Source: Utricularia gibba | Taxonomy: Eukaryota > Plantae > Magnoliophyta | DNA length: 64,000 nt | NCBI GenBank assembly: GCA_002189035.1 | Contig: NEEC01000004.1 | Location: 2,790,001 to 2,854,000 of the forward strand | Direction: 5' to 3' | Shown here: piece by piece, positions 10,173 to 22,811 of the stretch | How positions within the stretch are numbered: position 1 is the stretch's first letter | Layout of the letters: each line of letters opens with the position of its first letter | Notes under the pieces: model-generated | What the model saw: only the letters and a program-made list of their open reading frames with translations | The model's database searches: none | Told to the model about the DNA's origin: nothing | Program-made: the position numbers and the translations under genes

Positions 10173-13100
10173 ATGAGCTCGGCATTGATGCTTCATAAGG
10201 GAGAAAGAAGAGCTCCTAAAATCAGCAGCAAATCTGAACCTTGGAGAGAGAAAGTAAATCAAGGCATAGAGAAAAGGAGAGAACTTCATATTGCCACCAA
10301 GAAGACAATGATATTGAAAAGGCTAAGAATCTATGCTTTCATTGTAAATTTTTTTTAGGGCATAAATGCAAAAAGCTTTTCTTCATTGAATTTGTGGAAG
10401 GAGATTCAGACATTGAAGAAGATCAAGATATTCATATATCAATTAATGCGATCATAGGAGGCAAGGAAACATCAATTGAAGGGAGACTTATGCTTATTGA
10501 AACCAAAATCTTGGAACAACCCTGCCTATTCCTTCTAGACTCGGGAAGCTCCCATAGTTTCTTGCACGAGAAGATGCTATCTATACTTACATTGGATGTA
10601 ACTCGAAGGAAGAGTTTATGTGCAATTGTGGCTCATGGAGAATCCATTAGTTGCTCTGGAGTTTGTAAAAATACAGAGCTCAGTATTAGAAATTTCACTT
10701 GAAGGCAAACACTCTATGTCTTCTCGTTAGGCAACTTTGATGGGATTCTGGGATATGATTGGCTCACAACAATCAAACCTATATCTTGGGATTTTGGAAC
10801 ACTGCAAATATCCTTTATTCAAAATGGAGATATATATAACATCAAGGGTTACCAGACAAGCCAACCATCTATGGCGAGTTTCAACATCCCCATAGAGCTT
10901 GATAATTCTTCCCCATTATGGGAACAAATTCTACACAGCATGTTGACCTCTAACCACCAAGTTTTTGAAGAACTAAAGGGATTACCACCTAGAAGGAGAC
11001 ATGACCATCAGATACATATGGTAGGAGGGGCTAATCCATCCACCCAAAGACCTTATCGTTATCCTTACAAGCAACTAGGCATGATAGAAAATAAGGTGCA
11101 AGAACTATTAAAGAAGGGGTGGATCCGTCCCAGCACATCACCCTTCTAAGCTCTTGTACTCTTGGTTGCTAAAAAGGATGAAGGTTGGCGATTATGTATT
11201 GATTATCGTGCGCTATACCTACTTTAGAAGAATTAATGAGTGCATTGCATGGTGCTCAAATTTTTTCAAAGTGAGATCTAAGAACTGGATATCACCAGAT
11301 CAGGATGCATGAGGAGTCGATTGTTAAAACAGCCTTCCAAACGATAGAAGGGCATTATGAGTTCTTGATTATGCCTTTCAACTTAACTAATGCACTAGCT
11401 ATATTTCAGAGCTTGATGAATTCAGTCTTTCAACCTTACTTGCAGAAATTTGTGTTGGTTTTTTTTTATGACATCTTAATCTATAGCAAAACTATGGAAG
11501 ATCATATGCAACATCTACAACTTGTTTTCTAGTTGTTACATGATCAATAATTATATGTCAAAGCTTCCGAATGCTTCTTCTGTAGGTCGTAGATTAAGTA
11601 CCTGCGACATTTAATAGAAGTAAGAGGGATTCAGGTAGATGAAAAAAAGGTGAAAGCAATCCTCAATTAGCCAAAACCAAAGAACATTAGAGAGCTGGGT
11701 GGGTTCCTTGGCCTAGCTGGTTATTATCGGCACTTCATTGCAAAATTCAGCACCATTGCAGCCCCTTTCACTACCATGCTTAAGAAGGATGATTTTTGAT
11801 GGACAGAAATGATAAACGTAAATTTCTTGATATCGTTGTAATAAAAATAGAAATCCATATCAAATAAATTTATAAGCCCTAATCTACACAAAATACAAAT
11901 TTAGAAACTTGTATAGTGGATTTCGGGATCGATCAAGAGGAGATTGTGCTTGCTAAGTGTTTCAGTAGATGCAAAATTCGGAATAACAGTGATCTTAGTC
12001 TAAGTTCAAACCAAAAGAGGTAAGCAAGTTCAGTAAACAAAATCAGGTCTCAACGTTAAAAGTAACAATTACTAGTTTTAACACAGATTAATGCGAAGAT
12101 GCCTTAAGGATCTACAGACGGTGTGGTGCTAAGGTGCCTAATTTAATTTACCATGTTCCTATACTCGCAACTTCAAACAATCTAAGTCTACCCAGGTCAT
12201 TCATCACATTTTCGGCTAAGCTAGTCCCAAATATTATCACCAACATTGCAATTAGGTTTACCTGCATGCAAAGTATATAGAAATAGGTTTACCCGGTTCT
12301 ACAAGTTCTACCCTGGACTAATACCTACTACTCCTGCCTTGATTTGTTGGTCTACCTCTAAATCAAGCATCTCAGTTGCGAAGTAACTTGTTCCCCTCCT
12401 TAGGTCTACCTATGGAATGATAGAAACAAGAACTAAGAAACAAACATAAATTCCATTATTAACTTTAGATCCACACCACCATGCTTTACCTTAAGGTATC
12501 CCTAAAGTTTTAGCTATTCATATATGGAAGATAAAGCATGATATCATTAAGATAAACTAAAGAGAATAGCAAAGACATTGTAAAACAACAGTCAAAGTAA
12601 CGAAATATTCAGCAAGCTAAAGATAAAGTTGTGTTTTGTTCGCGACCTGCTACTGTTCACTGTTCGGAACAGTAGTGCTAAATTGGGTCTTTGATACTAT
12701 TCTTCAAGTCTTTGGTCTTTCTTCTGGAGAAATTGCCTTCATCTTCCTTCCTTCGTGTTCTTCCTCGCCCCTCCTGGGGTCTGGTCATGTTCTCCTCCTT
12801 CTCTCCTCTTCAAAAATATCTTCAAATCTTTTTTTTTTCATTTTCTAAAGTCAGTCCACTGTTCTTGACATCTATACTATTCTTGGCCTGAACCTGCAAA
12901 CTGTAGGCGGCTGAATATTAATTATGTCTCCTCCTTGTTTCTTGTGCCCCTTTGAATTGTGCTCATAAACTAGCTAAATGTCGTTCACAATGCTGCTGCT
13001 AACACTTGGAAGAATATTAGAAATCATAATATAGACTAAATCAATGTTTAGTGTATATTATGCATAAAAATACAAATAACAAAAAATTAAAAAAATATTA

Positions 13101-15330
13101 AAAATCATAATTAAAATATCTAATTTTATTATTAAACATATCAATTTTATAACTTAAAAACACTAGTGAAATGTGTGTTATCAAGAAACAAAGGAAAAGG
13201 CTTCCATCTAGTTGAAGGAAGCCCTTATAGTTACACCGGTACCTGCCACTCCAAACTTCGATGAATTATTTATATTAGAATGTAATGCTTCAGATGGAGG
13301 AATGGGAGCCGTTTTGCATCAACATGTCCACCTCATTGCATATTTCAGCAAAGGATTGGTGGGTAGACACAAGAACCTTGCAGCATATAAAAAGGAACTA
13401 ATTGCTATGGTTTACTCGATAAAGCATTGGAGACAATATCTGTGGGGAAGACATTTTATAGTGAGAATGAATCATAAAAGTTTACAATATCTAGGTCATC
13501 AACAAATGGAAACTCCTTTCCAACAAAAATGGATGAGTAAGCTTTTGGGTTATGACTTCAACATTTAGTATCGAGTTGGAAAAGAGAACAAGGTAGCCGA
13601 TACTTTGTCCCACATCGATCCAAACACAATGCTACAGGTACTTGCTATTTCTATAGCTCAACTTGACTTATTTGACCAGGTGCGATCTCACAATCAGCAA
13701 AGTTCAAAGATGATGGAACTCTTAAAAGCAATTGAGGAGGGGAAAAAACCAAACAAGCTAGAGCATTATTAGAGGATTGATTTATTATAAAAATAGAGTA
13801 TATATTGATGAAACATCAGAATTTCCCACACTTATTATGATTGTTATCCATGGCGTATTTCATGAGGGTGCTCTCAAAACACTACAGAGAATTAGAGCTG
13901 ATTTTTATTGGAAGAACATGGCAGAGCAATTACAATCTTTTACAAATAAATGTATTGTTTGCCAACGAAGTAAGTTAGAGCAACTTCATCCTAGTGGGTT
14001 ATTACAGCCTTTGAAGATTCCAGAAAGAATATGGGCAGAAGTATCACTTGATTTTATTGAAGGATTACCACTTTCCAAAGACAAAAAGGTCATTTTAGTG
14101 GTGGTAGACCGGTTAAGTAAGTATGCTCATTTCATACCACTGAATGATAGGGATGCAACCTTTACTAGTCTATTTTGGAAGGAGTTGTTTCAATTTTCAG
14201 GGACAAAATTATGTTTCACCATAGTATATCATCCACAAGCTGATGGACAAGTTGAAGCTGTTAATAAAATTTTAGAAACATATTTATAGTGTTTCACCAG
14301 TGATCGGCTGAGCCGCTGGTTTGAGTGGCTAGCATGGGCAGAATATGCTTATAATACAAGTTATCAAAGCTCAATTAGGATGACACCATTTGAGTTGGTT
14401 TATGGGTGTCTTCCTCCCTTGTTGCGTTGCTATGAAGGAGGTGCAAATGTGGCAGCTGTAGAATTACAATTAAGAGATCGAGATGAAGTATTGAAATTAG
14501 GAAAAGCAAATCTTCAGAAGAGTCAACAAATTATGACAAGATACTATAATAATAAGCACAAGAAAATGGAATTTCAAGTTGGAGAATCCGTATGGCTCAA
14601 ATTGGCTCTTCCTCAACAAAAGGGTCTTACGGGAAAACGATATTCTAAATTACACCCCAAGTATTTTGGACCTTTTCAGATCAAACATAGGATAAGGGAA
14701 CTTGCATATGAATTAGAACTACCTCTAGGCACTCTATTACATCCAATCTTTCATTTTTCCAAGTTGAAGCAATTTAAGGGTGACCTTACTAGCATCCAGC
14801 CATTGCCAATGATACCACAAGGAAATGAGGTAAGTCGACTAGCTATTTTGGAGAGTCATGGCTCGACAACATATCCCCAACTATTGGTGCATTGGACCAG
14901 ATATTCTCCTGCTAAAGCAACATGGGAGGATCTGGCCACTCTCCAGGAATGATTTCCCAACTTCTTTGAAGGAGCGGAAGCGTGGTGGAATGTCAAGGAA
15001 GCCCTCACCCAAGACCAAGGGGCAGTAATGCCAACAACCGCACATGGGATAGAGGAGGAAACAACGGCTGATCAAATGCTGAAAGGAACTACACAACCAA
15101 CACATGGGGACATTGTGTACACTAGAAGACCAAGGCAACCGCATGCAAGACCTCTCATTTAAAACATTTCACTTTGTATTTTGACTTTTCAGTTTTGAAC
15201 CTTCTAGTTTTTGTCTTTTCTCTTGGAGAAAGTATAGTTCCAAGGAGACGAAGCCAATGACTCATCAAGTCCAAGAGGAGCTTGGTGACTATTTTTGGAA
15301 GTTTACCAACTATTTCTACTTCTATCCAAT
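10173..15330 (+). mobile_element. Degenerate Ty3/gypsy chromovirus (Reina-like): gag end, protease, RT, RNase H, integrase, chromodomain, start of 3' LTR
   Basis: LCFHCK..GHKCKK zinc knuckle, LLDSGSSHSF protease, [23 protein letters not shown] (RT), RNase H 13212-13568, integrase 13777-14952 (HPQADGQVE, FGPF), chromodomain LLVHW..YSPAKATWED. A purine-rich PPT-like tract precedes TGTCAAGG at 14991. The right boundary is uncertain. Confidence 0.85.
11810..13183 (-). repeat. Solo LTR, Athila-like family A (1374 bp), inserted in chromovirus pol
   Basis: TGATAAACG...GTGTTATCA termini; perfect TSD AGAAA at 11805-11809 and 13184-13188. Removing it restores the pol reading WTETKEKA. Confidence 0.92.
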
Positions 15331-15337
15331 ATCCAAA

Positions 15338-16020
15338 TTATGTGCCTAATAGGCTCAAATCACACAAAGTAAGAAGCACAAAATCCTCTAGAATTGAATG
15401 AACTTCCATAACTATACTCAATTCTACCAATATTTCGAAATTTATGACTTGACAAGGCAGCACCCTTGCCCCTTTTACCTCATTATGTCTGGCTGTGAAT
15501 TCTTCATCATCAAAATGTAGGTACTTGAGTTTGAACATCTCTGCATGTTGCTTGAAGTTGGGAATGCCCTTGCTGGTCATTGTTCGCTGTGATTTCCCTT
15601 TCTCTTTCTCTTCAAGCCTAATTGAACTCAAGAACAGTGGAACAAGGTTAGGTAAGAATTTTTCTCTTTTCGTTTGTACCATCTATTCCTCCTCGGTGGC
15701 ATTTCGCCAACTCCTCTACTTTTGGTTCAGGTTCCTTCTTCTTCCTTATTATGCTCCTTGTACTCTTTGCAACTAAATTTCTCTCGCCCTCCCCTATTGT
15801 TGTAGTAGTATCTTCGGCTGGTTCCTTATCTCCTGTTGGAACTTGTTCTACCTCACTAGCCTTTGCTTCGTTTTCTTCAGTTGCTTGCTCTGCAATTTCT
15901 GGGACCTTCTCAACCCCTATTTGTGCAATTTCCCGGTTGCAGTTTGTGTGATGATTTCTTTCTGCTTCCTCTGACCCTTTCTCCCCTTCTTCTTTTTCTG
16001 GTACACAATCTAGAGTGGCT
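15338..16020 (-). pseudogene. Athila-type extra (env-like) ORF fragment
   Basis: The 15338..15682 translation (KYLHFDDEEFTARHNEVKGARVLPCQVINFEILVELSI) resembles the Athila ORF pattern. An acidic low-complexity reading frame lies upstream. Confidence 0.5.
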
Positions 16021-16084
16021 CAGTAGACTGGGATTAATATCATCAAGTTTAATGATACATTAGGTCACTAAGACATTGTATGAT

Positions 16085-16510
16085 CATATATTATAATTAT
16101 TTATTTATATTTGTAGTTCGATAGTAGAAGTTGTTCAGATTAAGTACTCTTTTGCTAAAAGATCTTAGAATGAAGATTCTTGAATATACAACATGATATT
16201 CAGATTGTGAGAGAAATTGTAAAATTTTAATAATATAGATAAAAAAATACACATAATTGACTAGAGCATAAAGTCTTAGTGATCTAATGTTTGTACACAT
16301 TTTAATTTTTGATTTGTTGAGTATACATCGATTAATGTGCATAATAAGTTATATATGAATTTAATTTATAGATGGCAATTCGAAATTGAGTATTATGATC
16401 CCATTGACGTTAATTATACTATTGAGACTGATGTGGAGGATATAGAAAATATTATTTGTGAAGAGATGTATACAGTAAAAATTAATGTTGATGTGTTGAA
16501 TGATGGTTCA
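16085..16510. repeat. Second copy of the unclassified ~450-bp repeat (see 8345-8800)
   Basis: Reverse-complement match to 8345-8800. Confidence 0.85.
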
Positions 16511-17573
16511 TGACCTATTTAAGTGAACTTGTACATTAATTTGTATTTGGTAATATTGCATTTAATATTATCTTTACCCGAGTGATATACATAAATCAAA
16601 CAAAATCATATAGGAAACGGTTTGCACAAACTGATAGGGAAGTTGGTTAAGTATGTGAAGCTCATTTAGTTTCAAAACGTTTTACCATATTAATTTTCTA
16701 ATTTGATAGCATGTGTGCATACAGGCACATAAATTATATTTGATATATTAAAAAATAAATTTATTGAAAGTAAATATGAATATTTAAATTTTATCTTGTT
16801 TATATTATATATATATATATTCGTTTATAAATCATATTTGATTTAAGAAAAATGGAGATTTGAAATACAATTGAAGTAAATATGAAAATTTGAATATATT
16901 TGATACAACCAATGAAAACTTTATGTATATTTAACATAAAAGATAATATATCATATTTAGTTATAAGTTCTTATTCTTAGAAGTTTATTGAGCAGTAATT
17001 ACTGTAAACATACTCTTATTATCTCTGAAAAAAATTATTTGTATTACACATTCATCAACATTGTCTCTCCCAAATCGCACAGACACATCAATGATATCAT
17101 CAATAATCTTTCACAATTTGCTTCCATGCTTCGGATAATATTGAAAGTATTGAATTAGAAATAATTCATTGCACGATGTTGCATATTTTCTTGTTATTAA
17201 TTTCATGAGAAGTAAGTCAAAAATGCATGCTTTGGACGGTAAAATTGTTCAAATTATATAACCTCTATTTGTGTATAAAAAAAAAGCTTGAAATAATGCA
17301 TTTAAACCCGTCAGACAAGCTCATAAAAATTAAACCCCATCTTTATGGAAGTTGTTAAATAAGAGATCAAGAAATAATTAAAAGCTAAGATTATCAACAA
17401 TATTTCAAACAGAAATGTGTTAGTACAATTCATGTGGTTAATATCACTAGAAAGGATCATTAACCTCTTCCCTTTTGAAAGCAAATAAGTGACCATAAGA
17501 GTAAAAAAAAAAAGTTATGGATTATAGAAAACTAAACAATATCACTAGAAAGGATTATTAACCTCTTCCCTTT

Positions 17574-18118
17574 TGTTGAGGGCGAAAATTGGTGTTAGAG
17601 TGGAAGACAATTTTCGGGTTGTGGATGTGGACGAACATGCCGTATCTGATCAAGGCTTTGGTATTCCGTGTGGGGCGATTCTGTTAACTGAAAATGAAAG
17701 AAGACCGGGATTTTAAGTGGAAACCGTCGGAGAACGGAAAAACCACGGAGCTATCGTAGCTCGTCAGAAAATATCTTTACTAAATGGAGGTGGGGAGAAA
17801 ATACAAGTTGGAGGGCTTGGAGTCGAACCCCTTCCACTGTAGTGTTTCTCAAATTTATAGGTGAGATGTGTTTGACCAAATTCTAAACTCTGTAGATGTC
17901 GGATGCTTTCTGGCCTGTTGTACGTATTGTGTCCTTACTTTCAGATAACCACCGACTGCTCTGTCATTGCGGTAATTCGGCTATTTTTCAGACTATGCAA
18001 AATGGCCGCTGCTGTCAATTCTGACACTTATCGATCTGTCAACCGGCGTCAAGCTATCAGAACACCTTTTAGGTCCTTTTCAATAACCGATTAACCCAGT
18101 CCGGTTTAGACCCCATCA
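17574..18118 (-). repeat. Solo LTR, Tat-like family D (545 bp)
   Basis: TGTTGAGGG...GACCCCATCA termini; perfect TSD CCTTT at 17569-17573 and 18119-18123. Homologous to 40580-41036. A TATA-like CCTATAAAT on the minus strand sets the orientation. Confidence 0.85.
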
Positions 18119-18559
18119 CCTTTTATTATCAAATGCTTAATAAATTAAATGGTAAATGATGTTATTGTTTTCTTGATTTATTCTTTTATGTTATAATCAA
18201 CTGGTATTTATTTTTAAATATCAAGAGAAGATCACTTTCACTTAAACATTTGGTATGTTTACTTATAGGAGAATGACTTTCAATATTTTTTCTTATTATA
18301 TTGATGAAAGCATGGAGGTTTTTATGAATAATTTTATGATGCATTGATGTTTAGTGCTTAATTTTGAAAAATATAATTTTAGAGTTAGAAGAGAGATAGT
18401 TTTAAAATATATTGTTTCTAGTGAAGTCTTGTGAGTTGATTGTGTAATGGTTGATACGATCACTAATCTTGTCCTTTTAGGCATAGCAACCTTTATAGAA
18501 TCGACTCACAAGTCTTCACTAGAAACAACATATTGTTAAACTAAACCTTTACAGGATCA

Positions 18560-19060
18560 ACTCACAAAAGATATATGATCATTTTTTTAGGCATGTATCA
18601 CAAGTTCATCAAAGATTTTTCAAAATCGAGACCTTCAACTGAGTTATTAAAATAAGATGTAAAGTTCAAGTTTTCAGATCAATGTAAAAAATCTTTCAAC
18701 AACTTGAAAGAAGCAATCACAATAGCTCTTGAGATTCAAGCTCCTGACTCAAATGAACTATTTCATGTTATTTATGACTCATCAAACTTTGTAGTAGGAG
18801 CGTTGGTGGCACAAAAGATCAATAGACTAAATCATGTGATTAGTTATGCTTCAAAGACTTTGAATGATGCTCAAAAAAATTACACAGTTGACGAAAAAGA
18901 GATATTAGGGTGCATATTGACTATGTAGTTATCATACATTTGATGACGATCGAGGAGATCAAGCCAAAGCTGCGTCGTTGGGTGCTACTACATTAAGAGT
19001 ATGATGCTGAAGTCATAGACAAACCGAGCAAAAAGCCATCAAATGCCACAACATCTAATT
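18560..19060 (+). pseudogene. Athila-type RT/RNase H remnant
   Basis: FLGMYHKFIKDFSK...LKEAITIALEIQAPD...VISYASKTLNDAQKNYT..EKEIL...KPKLRRWVLL. Confidence 0.8.
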
Positions 19061-21006
19061 TGGATGGAAAGACTTCTTGAAAAAAAATCAAAAGAACCCC
19101 ACTCCCACTTTAGATATTGAATGATAATCAGAAATTTAATTTTTGTTTCAAAAAAATTAAATTTGATGCTGTCAAAAATCTCACCTTTTGGGATCAACTC
19201 CAAATAGCTTCAAAAAGTTTTTTAGAAAGCAATGAATACATGGTGATTTGCCCTAAAGGGCAGGAAAAATCCAAGTGACGGGAGAAAATCCCTTAAAGAT
19301 GAGATTCTTCATGAAAGAATTGAGATGAATATGGGAATAAAGATGAAGCTTTCTCAGTGGGAATGTTTTTAAGGGGTGAGAGTGTGGATCATGAGGTTGC
19401 TCCTTTTGGGATGAGGTCTACAAGATTGTGGATCACTTAATGCATCTTTTTTGATAGGCATTTATAAAGAGAGATCACGTCAATTATTCTACTTCCTTAA
19501 ATATGAATGGAGAATTTGATGCTAAATATGATTGGAATATGTTAGGGAAATCTAGTGCCGGATATGGCTTATATATATCTGGAAAAGTAATTTTTCTTAT
19601 ACCACTTGTCAAGTATTGTGTTGATTAAAACATTCTATCAAAGGAGTCCTAAATGTTGTTAATGATCATTTGCATTTTCTTAAAAAACACCTCATCACTC
19701 AATCCAATTTTGACTCACACGGTTTTGACATAATTAAAACATTGAAATCACACATAAGAATAAATAGATGGTACTTAATAATGATCTATCTAATCACTTG
19801 GGGTTTTAAACAATATGATTTACATAGTAGAATTCATCTCCTCAAGTGTTACAGCATCTCTAGCAACTTGTTTATTTCGTAATGATCAATTTATAACGTC
19901 TATTTTTAATATCACTATAATGTTTAATATTATTTTATCAAATGCACATTTATATTTAGCCATATTGTGAATGTTTTTAATCACAAATTCAATATAAAAT
20001 CATCAATTTAACTTAATTTACAAATTTCATGATAATAACACTCGGAATATACAAAATCATGTAGGATTCAATATATTATGGACAAATAATATCATTTTCA
20101 GATAATCCAAATAATTACTGATATCCACATTTTTCCTATGCTTGGACTTTACTTAAGGAGAGAATGACAATAATTAGATATGATTCATCATGCTGTTAAC
20201 AACTGATATTAATCAGACATTATTTTCTAAATATTTTATTTTGGAGTTATGTGAATTTGACAAATTCTGAATCACAAACTAAAAATTAAAAATAGAAGCA
20301 CACTTGATATTGTATTCATGAATGGGAAAAAAATATTGTATAAATTGATAATTTCCAAACTCATCTTTATTTTCATTTTTTTTATGTATTTTTAAGAATA
20401 CGAAAAACATGTGATGAGGGCATGGATATCATAGATAAGGAAAATAAAGAGTATGAGGAAGTTAGAATTGAATTTAATCTTCTCAAAATGGGCTCGAATA
20501 ACAATGAGAATAAAATTAACGAAATAAGTCAAATGGAATACAAGTGGAGAAAACTTATTGCTTTGTTGTATCTATATGTTCTTGCTTTTCTATTATAAAA
20601 CTCATATCATCTATTAGAATTCCTCTTTGAATATATATTTTGTCTAGCTATACAAGAAGGTTCTTTGAGAGAAATGTATTTTGAATGCCTTTTTTGAGTT
20701 ATTAAAAAATATAAGATGTATCAAAATTTTGCTTGCAATGTTTAGTGTGGTGGTAATCATACTCATCTTCTTATTATTTATGTTTAGTGTGGCAAAGGAA
20801 GCTCGTAAGGTACACAATTTTTGTAACACGAGAGAATGTGTTTGCTGTTGGGCATGACGATTCTCTTCTATGGCTTGTAGTGTTAAGATGGGGTTGTTTG
20901 CAAAACTTCAAGGTGTAGGTGTTTGAATGCGTGGAGTTGTCTCTCCCATACATACGGAAAATAAATCATTTCTTTCTTGCAAGCCTGACTGGCGTCAGCA
21001 GCCAGT

Positions 21007-22577
21007 TTACTTCTTACACAGCAGGATTAGAACGGGAGCGAGTGGCCGGTTCAGTGTCTGAATTTTGGAGCAGAACCACTGATCAAGAGGCAGCTCAGCC
21101 GCAAATGACTCCACTTTCTGGAACTCCTCTCTACAACCAGTAGCAACATAATGCAGGCCAATTCACCAACAGAGAAGCAGAGATATAAAGAGACAGAGCG
21201 GTCATGCTCACCTTCCACCCGAATGCCCCAAGTACGCGACAATGCTGATGAGGCCTCCTGATGTGAGTATTCTTTTGGAGGCATCTAATGCACGCAATGT
21301 TGTTTCCTTCTGAGTTTTGATACTTTTGTCGCTTCCCGGTAAGTAGCCCAAGTTGAATGCAACTAATCTGAACAGGAAGATAAGAAGGTAAGATGGGTTG
21401 CGCCTGAGAACACTATACTTTCAATTTCCTCATACGATGCCTTGTGAGTTTATCTCACACTGTACCTAACATTAACATCTTTGGGGATGATCTCTTCCAT
21501 TTCGGAATGGCATGTAGCATAAAGCTCTACGAGCCCCTTCTGCATTGCACAGAAACTGTCATGAAAGAAAGAATCCATGGACAAAAGCATTTGCTATTCA
21601 AGGAGAGCATAAGCAGGAGATATCATTCTAAAATACACAAGGCCGAGTAAATCAAGGCAGCCCTCCAGATGACTCTGAAGCAGCATCATCCTAATAGATG
21701 AGCAGCTCTTTAGTTGGAGTCTCACTCATATTCTTACGGTGGCATAACTCGATGTCCGTTGGAAATAGAGATCAGAAGATTGTGAAACAACTGGGATGAG
21801 AAGCCGAACGATAAAATCTATTCTTGCCAATACAGCACAGCACTCAAAGAGCAAGCACCTCATCTGCAGTGATGTTCTGATCAAGCAAAGACGAAGTGCT
21901 TTCCAAAGCACTCCTTTGAATATCCATAGCATAAACACGGCCCCTTCTACTGGCATCAGCAACCAGCCTAACCAGCGCAAGAGTGTCGTAACCATTTCCA
22001 CAAGTTGCATCAACAACTACATCGCCTTTCTGAACAGCATTCTTCCACACCCTGGCTCATAAAAAGCAAGCCTCAAACTCACATTCTCCCAAAATCGATT
22101 CGATTGGTAATCATGAGACTATGAACTTACGAGTGAGCAACTTCAGTCGCCTTTTTCTTTCCAAACATGTATCCCATCATCACGTCTTCTAATCCTGATA
22201 GGAATCGCATAACTCAGCTGCAAAAATACAAGAATAGAAAGAACAACACAACCCGACTAAAAATATGAAACCAATGAGGAACCCGCTTTGCAAAATATAG
22301 CATCCACATTCATTTCAGATTCGAGAAAATAAAGTACACCTGCGAAGGGAAGCCCAGGAGGAGGAATTCCGGCAGGATTAACAATTTCGTCTCCTTGGGC
22401 AATGCAATCTGTGAAGAACGAAGCTTTTCTGGATATTACACGTAAACTCGACGCCAAAGACGGCAGCGGAAGCGACGAGAGCGAGGAGAAGAGCTTGAGC
22501 TTGAGCTTGTTTTGGAACAGATAAATTCCACGGCCTGACGAAAGGTAGCCATTTGGGCTCGCAGCCATCAACGCCAT
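21007..22577 (-). CDS. Putative rRNA methylase, SAM-dependent (YtqB / PF06962-like), ~282 aa, probable organellar transit peptide
   Basis: Exons 22577-22340, 22194-22131, 22051-21859, 21539-21466, 21367-21212 and 21130-21007 total 849 nt, with all introns GT-AG and phases consistent. Motifs [46 protein letters not shown]. Ser/Leu-rich N-terminus. Confidence 0.93.
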
Positions 22578-22811
22578 GGGAAGGACTAATAAGACCCTTC
22601 CATTCACCCGAAAGACTTGAGCTTTGATGTCGATGCGCGCCGTCACCCAAATCGACACTTATTCGCTTAGCCTACCAAATGCAAATTTACTTCTTTCCTA
22701 CTTTTTCAATCGTTTTTCCAATATTAGGATTGTCGCCATGGTGCATAGCAGCACTTCTTCATGACAAGAGGAGTCAAAACACCACAAGGCTGTTTAAGGT
22801 ATATGAAGCAG

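Noticed and set aside
12636-12891. Similar short ORFs at 12691, 43183, 56956 and 59559 (ending ...LFLTSILFLA or containing GEKPPCV)
   Set aside because: They are translations of homologous CT-rich parts of family A LTRs. Starts, lengths and frames differ between copies, so there is no sign of a conserved protein.
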